Below, one piece after another: positions 1 through 13,329 of a DNA stretch of 64,000 nt. Position 1 is the stretch's first letter, and each line of letters starts with the position of its first letter. The stretch lies in contig JAUGWO010000108.1 in the NCBI GenBank assembly GCA_049724395.1, forward strand, positions 1 to 64,000, in the 5' to 3' direction. The translations under genes and the position numbers were made by a program. The DNA is from Spongospora subterranea f. sp. subterranea (taxonomy: Eukaryota). Below the pieces are notes generated by a model that saw only the letters and a program-made list of their open reading frames with translations, made no database searches and was not told the DNA's origin.

Positions 1-3000
1 TACCCGTCGTTTAGCGGTTGTTGGGGATCCTGGTGTCCCCGATAGTTGCCGGGCGCAATATTGACCAATAACGCTTCAACCCAGCACTATCGACGAAAAA
101 TGAAGACTAGAAATTGACCTGAACTTGAGTGACTACTGATATTGATGAGGAGCGAAAAGCGATCTCTGCAACGGCTGAAGCCGCGTCTGACCAGCAACGA
201 CTAATCGAGCTTTTTTTCGAGAAAACTCGCCAAAATCAACTTTTGACGGAGCAAATGATGGCGTTAATGAAAGGGTTTTCGGATAAATCGAAGTCTACTG
301 AAAATGTGGTAACTGAAACTTCAAAGCCCATTAAGTTTTCAGATTTACCGAAGTTCTCGGAGATTGTTTCATCTGACGATGCCAGTCGATATATGGGTAC
401 TCGAGATGTAAACCTCTTGATGATTCGGATATTTTAATCACACGAGCTTTCAAATTTTCGTCTTTTAGAAGCCGATTTGAAAGGTTGACCTTGTCAGCAT
501 CCGACTATATGCGCCGAGATGCGTTGTACCGGTGCTTAACTGGAGCGGCTCAAGATCGGCGCTTTCAATGAGCCGGTGATGTCGTCTCGTCGCGATTTTG
601 CTCGATAAGATGGCCGTCTGGTACGCTTCTACTGCTGATCCTGGGACGCTGGAGGATGCCCTCCGAAACAAGTTGGAAAATTCTTTACCGAATGAAAGAG
701 AATCACTACCGGATTATATTCTAAGATACTCTCAGTATTTCCATCAAGCGAAACAATTTTTACCGGATTTTTCCATGTCTGAGTCAAATTGCTGTCGTTT
801 ATTTATTTGCGTTTCAAAACGCGGCTTTATGCTGAATTGTTACGACTCAACGCGAGGAAAGTATTGAAGCTGTCGGAAATGTTTGCCTTGGCAAACGAAG
901 CTTTATCGATATTGAAAGCGATTATTGCTGCAGAAGACGAAGCCTCCAACAACTCCCGATGGAAACAATCGCAACTTCCCAGAGGTCAGTCTGCTGTGAG
1001 AACGTCCCGTCCCCATGTTGCTTTCGACCTTCCTGCTTCGGATAAGCAGGATGTCCGAGTTCGTGAACATTCTCGAATGTCGCGAGTCAACAACACTTAT
1101 CATAACCAGACGACAGTAGAGAAAGGAGGATTTGAAGTTCTACTGTCGTCTGGAACCACTATTTCAGAAACGTTTCGCGCAGCTGTGGATGACGGTGCCG
1201 ATTTGGTAATAATTGGGTCAAACCATTTTCGGAGTCTGTCCACAGTCCCTGTTCGGTCGGAAAAACTTCAATTACGTTTAGCGAATACTACCTATCTCGC
1301 TTGTAAGAAAAGTTGTCTTCTGGATGTCACAATTTTTACTAATGCGGGGCCAATCATAATTCGTGCGCAACGGTTTTATGTAATTGATGACGAGATGCCT
1401 GAAGTTTTATTGGGAAGACCTCTGTTACGCCGATTGGGAATTGATGTTGAATCCCAGCTATGCTCGCTGGCTATCAAAGAAAGTGAAAAGGAACCTGATT
1501 GCCACGATGACATGGACAAGGACTTTCCGGAAAGTATTTTGGGAGACAACAATGACGCAGAACTTCGACAAGTCTTGAATGATCGTGTTCAACAAACTGT
1601 AAACATGGGGGCTCCTCCTATTTGAGTTTTCCAAAGATCTTGGTGTTTTGCTTACCGAATTTATTGACATTTTTCGTATTCATCTGGGAAAGGATCCGCC
1701 CGTCAAAGTCACACCCTTGGAGTTAGTGATAAACCGGGTTCCATTCCGATTTTTGCGAAACCACGACGTATGTCTCCGTTGGCCTCTCAGTATCTTCGAC
1801 GTTAGTGCAAAATTAACAGAGTGCAATCTTATCTATCACAACTACCAGCGGTCTTGGGCTCTTCCGGCGTTTGTTGTAAATCCGGAGACGAAACCAAGGA
1901 TGGTGGTGGATATGATTCCAGTGAATAAGTGTCTTCAACCTCAGCAATCTTTCCGATGCCAAACCTGCACACCTTGGGTTCTTACATCCCTGGTTCAGTT
2001 GTTTTTTCACTCTGGATGCATTTAAAAATTATGCGCAGTTCCCCGTTTCTGGCTATCTTGAGTGCCAAAGTTTCATTACCCCCTTTGGTGTTTATACTCC
2101 TACCAGACTGGCACAAGGAAACAGCAATGGAGTGTTGCGTTTCAGCGAGGAATGTACGAAATATTTTACAAAATGGTGCCTAACAAACTTTTAGTATGGC
2201 TTGATGACGTTTTGGGATTCGCCTTGAGTTTTAAAAATCTATTATTGCTTTTAAGAGAGGTTTTTGAGAGATGTCGACAGTTTGGTCTCAAGCTCAATGT
2301 CATCAAGTGCGAGTTTTTCCTATTATGTGCCAAATGGTGCGGTCGAATATATTCTGCGACGGGTATTAGCCATGATCCCGCTCGAATTCAGGCCTTAATC
2401 AATTTCCAACTACCAACAACTGGAGCTCATCTCATGCAATTTGTATGTGCAGTGACGTGGCTATCATCATCTAACCCAAATTTTTCATGTGTGATTGGTT
2501 CTTTACGACAAATTTTGGAAAACGTTTTCTCAGGTTTGACATTGCGGACAAAGAAATCGGCCGCCCGAGTCGTGCTAAAGAATGTTGGTTGGAATGATGA
2601 TTTTTCCCAGGCTTTTCAAACGGTTATTGAGTCAATCAGAGAAGCTGTTACTTTGGCGTATCCAAAGGAAGATAATGTTCCGTTCTTATTTACCGATGCG
2701 AGTAAGCAGTTTTTTGGATGGTTACGATCACGCAAGTGCCGTTTGAGGATCTTTCTCTTCCTTTTAATGATCAACGACATGAACCTCTTGCCTTTTGCAG
2801 TGGAGAATTTAAACGATCTTCTTTACAATGGTCTGTTCCTGAGAAAGAAGTGTTCCCAATTCAACATGCGGTCGGTCAGTTTGATTATCTTCTTTGTACA
2901 GTCTTGAAGGAGCTGCAGTTCCTCGTTCTCGGAGGAAGGCAGTGTAGCGCCAGTCAGCGCTGTCACCGTGGCGCATGTTTATGGGGTTTTTTCCGGTGTA

Positions 3001-3088
3001 AACCAGTCTAGTTTTTTTTCGTCGTCGTCGTACCCGTCGTTTAGCGGTTGTCGGGGATCGGTGTCCCCGATAGTTGCCGGGCGCAATA
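1..3088 (+). mobile_element. Ty3/gypsy LTR retrotransposon, decayed, integrase region deleted
   Basis: gag-like ORFs 129-867; aspartic protease motif VDDGAD and VLLGRPLL (789-1625); RT VWLDDVLG (2062-2907); RNase H FTDASK...EKEVFPI; many frameshifts. Bases 1-60 recur at 3031-3088 (LTR sequence). Confidence 0.9.
2931..3088 (+). repeat. Polypurine tract and truncated 3' LTR (LTR starts TGTAG at 2943)
   Basis: ggaggaaggcag directly followed by tgtagcgcc; downstream part matches 1-60; a related LTR begins TGTAG at 47004 on the minus strand. Confidence 0.7.
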
Positions 3089-4727
3089 ATCATCTCACGC
3101 TCTTCCGTTTTCAAGTTCGATAAAAGATTAATTTCATGTAAGCCTCCAACTGGCGTGATCAACGCATTATTGATGATATGGTTGTGATCCATGCATCTGT
3201 GATTGATGACATAGTCCCCTGCCTTTCGATCGAATGTCAGATTGACATACCAACTGTAAGTGGATTTTAGTCTCTCTCTGTCGGTGATTCTTGATCCCTA
3301 TAGTTGCAATAGATTTTGGCGCACTGCCAAATTTTGGATCCAGCTCCTTGTATTGGATGGGGATTAAGCACCGAAAATGGATGCGAGTTACATGCGACGA
3401 CGAACCTAGATATGAAACAGGGTGCGAATTACACCCAAACACAAACCCGTTAGCAAGAGCGAACTCGCGTGCATGTTGAACAATTATATCAGGCGATAAG
3501 TACATAACGAGGTTGATGATCCATTGCAATGAAAAACGCAATACAAATCTCAAGAATAACTCAGATCAGACAATAAGCGAAATTGGTCAAATACAAGGTC
3601 TCAAATCGCTTATGCAATATCGGGACTGATTATTCATCCAAATTTGTAGGAAAACATGAATTGAAATAGCAACTAAAGGTGTTAACCCGATTGATCAGTC
3701 AATACAGTAATTTACCACGTTGTGGCACCTGAGCGTGTAAAGCTGTCAATGCTGTTCTTAACTCAGAAACGATCGGTGCGAATATCGCGCTGACACTCTC
3801 ATCCTCATTGTCATGATCCAAAAGTCTTAGATATATAAGGACCCGAGAATGATGGCCTTGTGTCATCATACTGTTAGGAACTGCGCCCGAGATACACAGT
3901 GTACCAACTGACCCAAAAGGTACTATGATGGCATAAGGCCATCATTCTCGGGTTCTTATATACCTAAGACTTTTGGATCATGACAATGAGGATGAGAGTG
4001 TGAGCGCGATATTCGCACCGATCATTTCTGAGTTAAGAACAGCATTGACAGCTTTACACGCTCAGGTGCCACAACGTGGTAAATTACTGTATTGACTGAT
4101 CAATCGGGTTAACACCTTTAGTTGCTATTTCAATTCATGTTTTCCTACAAATAATTTGGATGAATAATCAGTCCCGATATTGCATAAGCGATTTGAGACC
4201 TTGTATTTGACCAATTTCGCTTATTGTCTGATCTGAGTTATTCTTGAAATTTGTATTGCTTTTTTCATTGCAATGGATCATCAACCTCGTTATGTACTTA
4301 TCGCCTGATATCATTGTTCAACATGCACGCGAGTTCGCTCTTGCTAACGGGTTTGTGTTTGGGTGTAATTCGCACCCTGTTTCGCTGCTTAGCCTCCTTC
4401 ATATCTAGGTTCGTCGTCGCATGTAACTCGCATCCATTTTCGGTGCTTAATCCCCATCCAATACAAGGAGCTGGATCCAAAATTTGGCAGTGCGCCAAAA
4501 TCTATTGCAACTATAGGGATCAAGAATCACCGACAGAGAGAGACTAAAATCCACTTACAGTTGGTATGTCAATCTGACATTCGATCGAAAGGCAGGGGAC
4601 TATGTCATCAATCACAGATGCATGGATCACAACCATATCATCAATAATGCGTTGATCACGCCAGTTGGAGGCTTACATGAAATTAATTTTTTATCGAACT
4701 TGAAAACGGAAGAGCGTGAGATGATTC
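3087..4727. repeat. Long inverted repeat (arms ~3087-3870 and ~3924-4727, ~53 bp spacer)
   Basis: Arms are near-identical reverse complements; the same peptide MDHNHIINNALITPVGGLHEIN appears on both strands (2809-3192 minus, 4622-4804 plus). Confidence 0.97.
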
Positions 4728-7030
4728 ACCTGCTATCGCGATACAATTTGCCAATAAGCATGGTTTCAAATATATATCCTCGCCAATACCCTTGGCGCCG
4801 CTGAATGCGGTGTTTTTTAGATTCGAGAAATGCTGGAGGGTTCGAACCCTGACCGGACATATTCAACGTCACTTTTATCGCGACAAGTTCGTAGCGGGAA
4901 GGAATTGCACTTTGGCAACGACCCGCACTGCATGACAAGGTTCGTGGAGGCAGGATACGCTGTCCGAGAAAATGGTGGCTTGTTTTGCTACTCTATGGAC
5001 ATGTCGCAACGCCTCTCGACAATATCACTGCAGGTGCGGACGCTTCACCGGGTTTGCTTCATCTCATGTATATGTTCGTAAACTGCCCAGATGTCGCTTT
5101 ATGCCATGGCGTATGCAGACTTTACCATAGTCGACGGAACCCATAACACGACAACTTACGATCTGAAATTGATGCCTTTTACCAATGTGGACTGTTAAAA
5201 GTATTTCAAAAAATTGATTCCATTTACCAATGTGGACTGTCTAGGTAAAAATGTTGTCTCTGGGGTTTTGTTAGACGAGTCCGAGAATTAATTGACCATA
5301 TCGGAAGCTTTAGCTCAATTTCATCTTGAGAAACCCTATGCCATTCTGATGACAGATGGAGGGTCAGCGTACCCAGCAGGTGCACACAATGCTCAGATGA
5401 CTCACATTCTATGTTCGTATTATTTTCGAAAAGATGTGTTCGCATCTTGCAGTGGCATGGGTCCTGTTGCGGAATGTTTCAAACAGGATACAATGGCTCT
5501 TATTTACACAGCGTTTGATTTAGCAGATTTTGAAAAGCATGTTAATATGTGCTTGAATAAGTTTGCGGTGCATTCAGCAGCAGTCGAATGTATCAATAAG
5601 ATTGTCAAATTCAAGGAAAAAATTTGCAGGACATTCACTGGTAAATATGAGTTACTTTGAGTGAACAAATTTGCTAACCTTTTGTAGGTCGCATTTTTAC
5701 CTGTAATCACGTGGCAACCCAGCGTGGAGAGAGTGTTAATTCGTCTATTAAAGAGAAAGGAGTCAAGAAGAAAGAACTTCGCGGGTTCAACCTGTTGCAA
5801 CTGTGGGAGCACCTTTTGAATCAGTTCAACAGAATGGAGGCGAGTTCGTTAGATGTATTATGTGATCTCATCAGAAACTCAAGAAAGTGGAGTAATTACG
5901 TTGAACACATGTAGCAAAACAGTTACCAAGAAAGCTGCAAAACTTCCATTTGTAGGTTTGATGTCCGACACGAATGATCTATGTTATGCGTCATCGTCAC
6001 CTGATCAAAGTCTTTGTCACGTCATCGATCTGTCCCTCGATGGGCCTGCACAGATTCCCACATGCTCGTGTCAAGATTTCTCGTCTAGTTTGATTCCCTG
6101 CGCTGGAATATGTGCTGCGCTTTGCCGTTTGCCAGGAAGGCAGCTCTTTCATGTGTCCAATTTGCATCCTCGCTGGAGAATCAGCTCTCACCCTCTGTTT
6201 GACAAAGCTCTGGCAAAATTCAATCTAAGATCGGTTGCCACTCTCGACCCCCTGATCTCCATCAAACTGGTATTCCGTGTAGTGCACAGCATCACCTCAA
6301 TATGACAGCATACCAGAGCATAATGGTACCAACGAAGCGGGATCTTCGATACACGAAGCTCAACAATCTCTTCAAAACCATCGAGCCAATCGCAATCAGC
6401 AATGATCACTACTACAAATTGGTGACGCTGAATCTGCTGGCCTTCAAGCCAAGCCTTCATGGGGAAGGGAGCAGTGAATTTATCTGCCAGAACCTGAAGC
6501 GGACAACACAGACAAGCCTTTGCAAGTCCCAGTTCTGCCACCAAGAAAAAGAGGGGGGTGGCGACGATGTAAACAGGTCATTGTTGTCGTCTCGCAAGAG
6601 GTTGTGTTCAGCGTGCATCAAAGCCGGTTTGATGCCGACCGATAATCACAGGGCTAGGAGTTCCAAGTGTCCGTCTTTGAACGCTCAGATACCGACGGTC
6701 GAATAAATTGTTTTTTTATAATCCATCTGTTATCAACCAACCTATAAATGGTCATTGCGATCAGTTCGATTGTTTTGAAAAGGTCATTTATCTTCGTGTA
6801 GCTCTTGCGTTTGGTTGGTGCATTATGCTCTCGTATGAATTGTTTTTCAAAGCGACGAAAGTATGACGATGCAATTGACAAGTTCGATACATTTAGTAAG
6901 ACTTTAACGCCATTGCCATTGTATTTAGAATCTGATACAGTATTGACTTCGCTGAAGAACCTATTACCTTTGTTGGGTTTGTGTATATAACTAAGTTAGT
7001 CCACTGGGGCACTTATTTTTGGGTGGACTG
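3924..7030 (+). mobile_element. Mutator-like (MULE) DNA transposon, transposase pseudogene with SWIM finger
   Basis: FAR1/WRKY-like N-terminus (REFALANGF...HNH); DGTHNTTTYDLKL; LMTDGGSAYP; HILCSY; TQRGESVNSSIK; SWIM CSC...IPC; C-terminal CSAC...H...C; short intron 5641-5687. The 3' end matches the copy at 53331-54280. Confidence 0.9.
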
Positions 7031-7156
7031 TCGGCAAACAGGATGAAAACTGCGCGGACGTTTCAGTTTGATCAATTCATGACGGTATAGTTCATCCCGA
7101 ATCAACGTGTTTTTATCGCCAACCTGTGGACTGGTCATTGGCACGCTCGGTCGCCG

Positions 7157-8067
7157 ATGGTGGATTTGGAGGAAGAGATCAAACAGCTCAAGGCGGAATT
7201 ATCTGCTGCCAAGACTCACCTTGATGCTGCAGAGACGAACAACGATCGCGATCTCATTCTGGTTTATGCCCCTTTAGTTACTACCCTCCAGCAGCGACTG
7301 AATGGTCTTCAGTGCCTTTTTCCGAAACCAAGTAATTTACTGTTATTCACTGACCAAATTGTGTTAACCATTTCATTTTGTTTATATTGATTATTTATTC
7401 CTACTTATCATGTTTGGTGCATCTTCCTGCTCAATATTGCATGAGTCAATTGTGGTTTTTATTTCCCCAATCACTAGTTTCTGTCTGATCTGAGTTGGTT
7501 TGTGTTAATGCATTGCAATTTTGCAATTGATGGGACGTCATATCTGTGTATGCATTTCAATTTTCAGGTCCATCTCCAAAAAAATTGAGGCAACAGCGTT
7601 ATAAATCAGTAATCACATCATGGACTTGCAGAGACCTCCTTGCAGGTCTTGCGAGGACAATTTACAATGCTTTTGATTTCAGTTGGCCATTCAAATCGGG
7701 CCCTACCATCAAAGACGTCTTGCAAGCAAAAGATGATGGTGAAGGTCCAGGTTGGGATTATAACTTGGCACTGAATCGTCATCGTGTCATTGGTCTCCAT
7801 GGTCATAAACACACCATTCAGAAAGGCGAACGCCTTGCTCATTGTGCTTTACCTGAGCTGTTCCAACCAGAAGAATGGGAAATACTTTCTAACTTCAACA
7901 GGATAATTTCTGCTCAAATTCCTAATTTAACAGGGAAATCTTATATAATTCCTTCGGATGATCACTTCCCTGAAGAAATGGTCACATTTCTGAAAAATAT
8001 CGACGTCTTATCACGGATATACAAAAACGATGGCGCTGTTTCCAATGGATCCAGTGATATGGACTGA
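7157..8067 (+). CDS. Hypothetical protein, coiled-coil N-terminus, probably 2 exons (7157-7331, 7568-8067); paralog of 61050-61560
   Basis: GT..AG intron joins the two ORFs in frame. The C-terminal part (TIKDVLQAKD, KGERLAHCALPELF..EW, TFLKNI) aligns with the minus-strand remnant near 61.3 kb. Confidence 0.6.
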
Positions 8068-8707
8068 TTTTAATATACCCTAGGCAACGCAATAACTACA
8101 CAAGATTTTTGCCAAAATGTAGCTCTTCATTATGTGACCAAATTATTGATGTGTTGCAATGACGTCTCGAAAAAATCTCATCGATGTGTTGTTATTGTGT
8201 GACATTTTTAAAAAGTTTCTATTTGTTGATATTATGTGTCAATTAAAAAATCGACTCAAAATTTATTTCAACAAAACTTGCTTGTTTGATGACAGCAAAT
8301 TATTGGCATAAACTGCGTTTCACTCATTGAGGCCAAATGCGTCTCAAACCGGCTGGTTTCCTCCACCCATGGGTCCTGCCCGCACTGCTCCAATGACGTT
8401 TTCTATTCTGATGATTGATCTCGTCAAAAGCATTTTCGATCATTCCGATCAGATTTTCTCGTTGTACAGTGAGAACACTGCCCACGAGTTCAGAGGCCAT
8501 TTTTCGCGGATAGCGTTGAGTCGGAATTCCGAATAGGCTTGTTCACAGATATGTCGCACACCTGATGAAAAGATGTCATTTCTTCTTGTATATATTCGAT
8601 AACAATCTTGGCGGGCCCTAAGTGTAACGATACGCGCAAAGGCCGTTCCCGCCGCACCCAATCACCTCAGTTGGTTCAACTCCGTTTAATACAACGACAA
8701 TTTCGTA

Positions 8708-10190
8708 CTCCCTCTGTCCCGTATGAATTGTCCATGATCGCAGTCCGCGCGGGATCAAGGCCATTTTTTGGCGGCATTCTTTTTTTTCAAATTTTCATAT
8801 AAACTCAACGATGAAACGAAGCAACTCCCATTATTACATTGTCATTCTGACTTTTGGGTACTTTAAAATTCATCTTCAAACATCTTGTTTTGTTTGCATT
8901 CATCTTTGGCGTACCGGGCCCAAGCATCTAGGATGCATGAGAACTTGGAAGCGGTGGCAGATGATTGGAAAGACACTAAGTGCCCAATGCTTACCAATGC
9001 TCAGCGTTGCAGAGCATTTGAAATGATCATGGCCAACACTTAAAATGGCCACCCTGTCAAAGGTGCCTTTTCCGCTGTTGCAGATAAGCTCAACGTCCAC
9101 CAGAGGACAATACGAAGAATTTGGCAAACGGGTCAGAAATCATTAACAGATGGGAACGTCATTGCAGATGTTTCAGGGAAATGGAAAGGAAGGATACCAA
9201 GACAGATTGAAGGTCTTGCTGGAAAAATACAAGCAGTTCCTCTGAGCAACCGCTCAACTATCAGAAGCCTGGCTGAAAGTCTTGACATTCCAAAATCGAC
9301 TCTGCATCGCCGGTTCAAAGCGGGACAGCTTCGCCGGCATTCCAGTACTATCAAACCATTTCTCAACGAAAAAAACAAAAAAGAACGATTGATTTTTTGT
9401 TTATCAATGCTAATTCGAACAGAGACAGCGGTGAGTTTCCATGACATGTTTGACGTGGTGCATGTGGACGAAAAATGATTTTATCTGACGAAACCCAAGC
9501 AGACCTACTATCTGGCGCCCCAAGAACCTATTCCCCTCCGTACCTGTAAGAGTAAACGGTTCATTGAGAAAATCATGTTTGTGGCAGCCGTGGCACGTCC
9601 TAGATGGGATCCCTGCCGCAACCAGAAATTCGACGGAAAAATAGGCATATGGCCATTCGTTATTGCTGAGCCAGCAAAAAGAGCAAGCAAGAATAGAGCT
9701 AAGGGTACGCTGACAACAAAAGCGTTAACCGTGGACCGAACAGTCTATGCTGAGTATCTAATCGGAAAGGTAATCCCAGCGATCAAGGCGAAATGGCCTC
9801 GGCGTACAGCGAGTCGGCCTATATATATACAGCAAGATAATGCTAGACCACACATTGCCATCACCGATCAAGACTTTGTCACAGCCGCAACTTCAGATGG
9901 GTTCAATATCCAGCTTCGAAACCAACCACCGGAATAGCCCAGACTTTAATGTCCTAGATTTAGGGTTCTTTAACTCGATCCAGTCTCTCAGAGAAAAAGT
10001 TGCCACAAGGAATATTGATGATCTTATTGCTGCAACAGTCAACGCGTTTGATCAGACAGAAGAGAGTAAACTTAACCGGGTTTTCATCACATTACAACAG
10101 TGCATGAAAGAAACGATGAAAGTTAAAGGGAGCAACGAATATCAACTTCCTCATATCGGCAAAGAAAGGCTTGAAAGAGAAGTAGTTCAA
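8708..10190 (+). mobile_element. Tc1/mariner DD39D (Stowaway-related) transposon, transposase pseudogene, 3' end replaced by copia
   Basis: TA (8706-8707) followed by TIR CTCCCTCTGTCCC; VHVDEK; KIMFVAAVARPR; QQDNARPH then 39 residues to LDLGFF (across one frameshift); stops present. Confidence 0.92.
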
Positions 10191-13100
10191 CTAAGTTCTT
10201 CATTTTGAAGTTGTGGCCCATAATAGTTGAGATGTTGTCGATTTCGGTCTTGCCGTTTCCTGTTAATATTAGATCATCGACGTATGTTCCGATTATGGTT
10301 ATTCCCTTGTTGTTATTCTTGTACCATATACATGGCTCTTTCATGGATTGAATATATCCATTGTTGCGGATCAGGTCGAATAGTGATGTCTGCCAAGCTC
10401 TACCAGCCTGTTTTAAGCCATAGAGGGCTTTGTTAAGCATGCATACCTTGTGCTCGTCCCCGTGCTTTATAAAGCCTTTCGGTTGTTCGATGTAGATGGG
10501 GAGCAATAATGGTGCATTTAGGTAGGCTGTAGTAAAGTCTCGCTGGTATATGTATTATTGACTGCAAGACAGATGAGGATACGAACTGATGTATGTGCAA
10601 GTACTGAAGAATAGGATTCGTGATAGTCGATGCCATATTTTTGAGAATATCCTTTCGCGACAAATCTAGCTTTGGCTGTAAGGTGATCGTTGATGTCCTT
10701 TTTCTTGGTAAAGATCCATCTTCCTTGAATCGCTTTCACGTGTCGTGGACGGTCGACGAGTGTCCAAGTGTGATTATCCTTATGTGACTCCATTTCTTTG
10801 TCTGCAGCAATTTGCCATTCATGTGCGTCTGGTCGCGTCATTGCTTCCTAGTAAGTTTTCGAATAGTCGGTCAGAGTGTGATGAATTTCGAATTCGTGAT
10901 CGTCGATGATGGTCAATGTATCGGATCCATCATTCATATCCAACGCCTCTTGCCGCAAATCCAGTATAGTGTCTTCGTCGAACTGCACGTCGCGTCTTAC
11001 GATGATCGTAGCGGTGTTCGAAGGTCTAAGTATGTATCCCTTCTGGTATGGTGCATATCCTAAGAATTTACATTTCAGTGATGTTGGTTGAAGTGAATCT
11101 CGCATAGTGGATTCAATGTGCGCATATGCTGTACATCCGAATGGTCTCAGGTGCTTAACATCGGGCTTGACGTTCATCCATAGATCGTATGGGGTTGCCC
11201 ATTCGAGTTGGTAGTCGATTCATGGTATAAGTTGAGTATTGGACTGCAAATGGCCAGTAACAGTAGTCAATTTTCGCCTCGATCAGTGCACAGCGTGTCA
11301 TGCTCATGATGGTCTGATTACGCCTTTCAGCTTGACCATTCTGTTGAGGACAGTGAGGCACGGTGCGTTGTTGTTTGATGTCTTTTTGTTATGTAAAATG
11401 CGCTCATTAGTTTGTTGACATATTCGGATCCATTGTCAGTTGACAAGGTGGTGAGGCGAAGTTTCGTCACCTCGAGGATTACGATTGCCTGTACTCGATC
11501 ATGATGGACCTGGAAGACTGGGTCGCCAAGACTTCGTCAGCGCTCTTGTGCTTTAGAAACTTGACCCATGTCCATGTGGCGTAAAAGCAGTTGAATGTAA
11601 TATAGTATCTGTATCCTTCTTTGCTGGGGACCAGAAATGGTCCTTTAAGGTCAGAAGAAACGATCTCAAATGCCCTTGTTGGTTTTGTCCGGCGTTCCTG
11701 TGGGAATGATTGTTTCCGTGACTTTCCATGGGCACAGCTTTCGCAGAATTGTCGTTCTTGCGGTGTGATCTTTACGCCTTCGGTGGATTCTTTTAAAAGC
11801 TTCAGTCTCTCGTTCGATGCGTGTCCAAATCGTCGGTGCGCTAGCTCCATACTGATTGTGGCATTTGTCTCTTGAACGACGTGATTTACAATGTAGTGGA
11901 GGTCGTTGTGCTTGTGCGCCCTAACGATAACCTTTCCATCTTGATCCTCGATATGAAGAGTGTCGTTAATGACTACAATTAAGCCTTGATCAGTAAAGGA
12001 TTTGGTTTGCTAGCAGTGTCTTTGTATTATTCGGAACATATAGTACGTCGTGAATTACGATTTTTGGGCAGTAATTCAATGTCAGCATTCCTTGTCCGTA
12101 CGCTGACGATTTTTCGCCTTTGCTACTGCTTACTAGAATCGGCGTTTCCAACTCTTTATAGCTATGTAGGATGTTCTTGTCGTTCGTCATGCTTGCATTA
12201 GCGCCACTGTCGACTAGGTATGCAATTTAGTGGAAAAACTTTGGGTAGTCGTATGAAATCCAGTGAACTCCTGTTCCTTTTCGTCTTCAGTGGTTGTTGT
12301 ATTGTTCGTACGGCGGTTGGTTATGTTTTGCTTCTTCAGGTGTGGGTGCAGTAGCCAGCATTCTTCGTTCGAATGCGTCGATCGTCTACACCGTGTGCAA
12401 TACTTGCTGGGTCTGACCACATGGCCATAATGAATGTGGAAGAGTGAGCTGCTTACAGTAAATTCGAAACTCTGTATAGGCAATGTAATCGGGTGGGGGC
12501 AGGTCCCATTCGGTATGGTCGTAAGACAGGTTATGATGCTAAATCCAGCTGGTCTAATAGATTTCCTTCATTGGCTACTCAAGCTACTTGTAGCGGCCAG
12601 GCGGAAGTAGGGAAAACCTGGTATTACACAGGATTACCCGACCCATAAGAACCCGCAAACCTTTGTACACCATACCATACCATGCAATACTTGCCGTTAT
12701 TGTTGTTATTGCTTCTGTCGTTGTTGTTGTTGTTAGGTGACTTTTCCTTATGTCTCTTGGTTCGCTCGGTGTTAAGAGAGGTGGTCTCTTTCGGCGCCGT
12801 TGATTCGAGGTCTGTTGTCAGGAGTAAATTCGTTAGTCTTTATTTGTTGGTATTGATCTGGCAATCCATCAAGGGCCTTGACGCATAGGGCTAGTTCGCC
12901 AACGTCGATGTTGTGTACTCTCAAGTCGTGGTATAGTTCTACCAGCTTGTCTATGTAGCCTTTCATGTTTTGGTTCGGCTGCTTCTTGTGGTGAATGAAT
13001 TGGAGAGATAAGTTTGCTGCTTTGGATTCCGCGGTTTCCGCGTAAATATGGTGGAGCGTTGTCCAGATTTCGCTTGTTGTCGTGCATCTCGATACTTGTT

Positions 13101-13325
13101 TGTATTGCGATTGTGATAGTCGCATGCTGATTTGCGCAGAGGCTAGTTGATTGTTGCGTTGTTCGATCGTGTTGCCGAGGGTTGGCGGGTGATGGTGTCT
13201 CGGTCTTGCGACGGAACTCATCCCAGTTCTTTCCGGTGGATTCCGGATTTAGGTTTAGTCCCGAGTTGTGTTTGAGAGATTGACTTCTTCTTTTAACCGG
13301 TGGGTGTATGGTGTTTCCATAGCAT
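10190..13325 (-). mobile_element. Ty1/copia LTR retrotransposon, decayed and truncated in RT
   Basis: Order gag (12772-13221), CCHC knuckle CTRC..H....CW, protease DSGA, HRRFGH, integrase SDLKGPF / PQQNGQAERRNQT, RT KARFVAKGYSQ, LYGLKQAGR, YVDDLIL. Confidence 0.95.
12408..12682 (+). mobile_element. 5'-truncated non-LTR retroelement (LINE 3' end or SINE) with (CCATA)n tail and 12-bp TSD
   Basis: tgcaatacttgc duplicated at 12396-12407 and 12683-12694; insert ends caccataccatacca; homologous to 56536-56675 (minus). Confidence 0.8.
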
Positions 13326-13329
13326 CGTT

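Noticed and set aside
4835..4856. tRNA T-arm-like GGGTTCGAACCC
   Set aside because: No cloverleaf can be built; it lies within the MULE coding region.
5178..5240. 18-bp direct repeat in the MULE as a regulatory site
   Set aside because: Best explained as a small local duplication that disrupts the transposase.
8327..8700. Possible transposase C-terminus on the minus strand (EKWPL..VF)
   Set aside because: Too decayed to assign.
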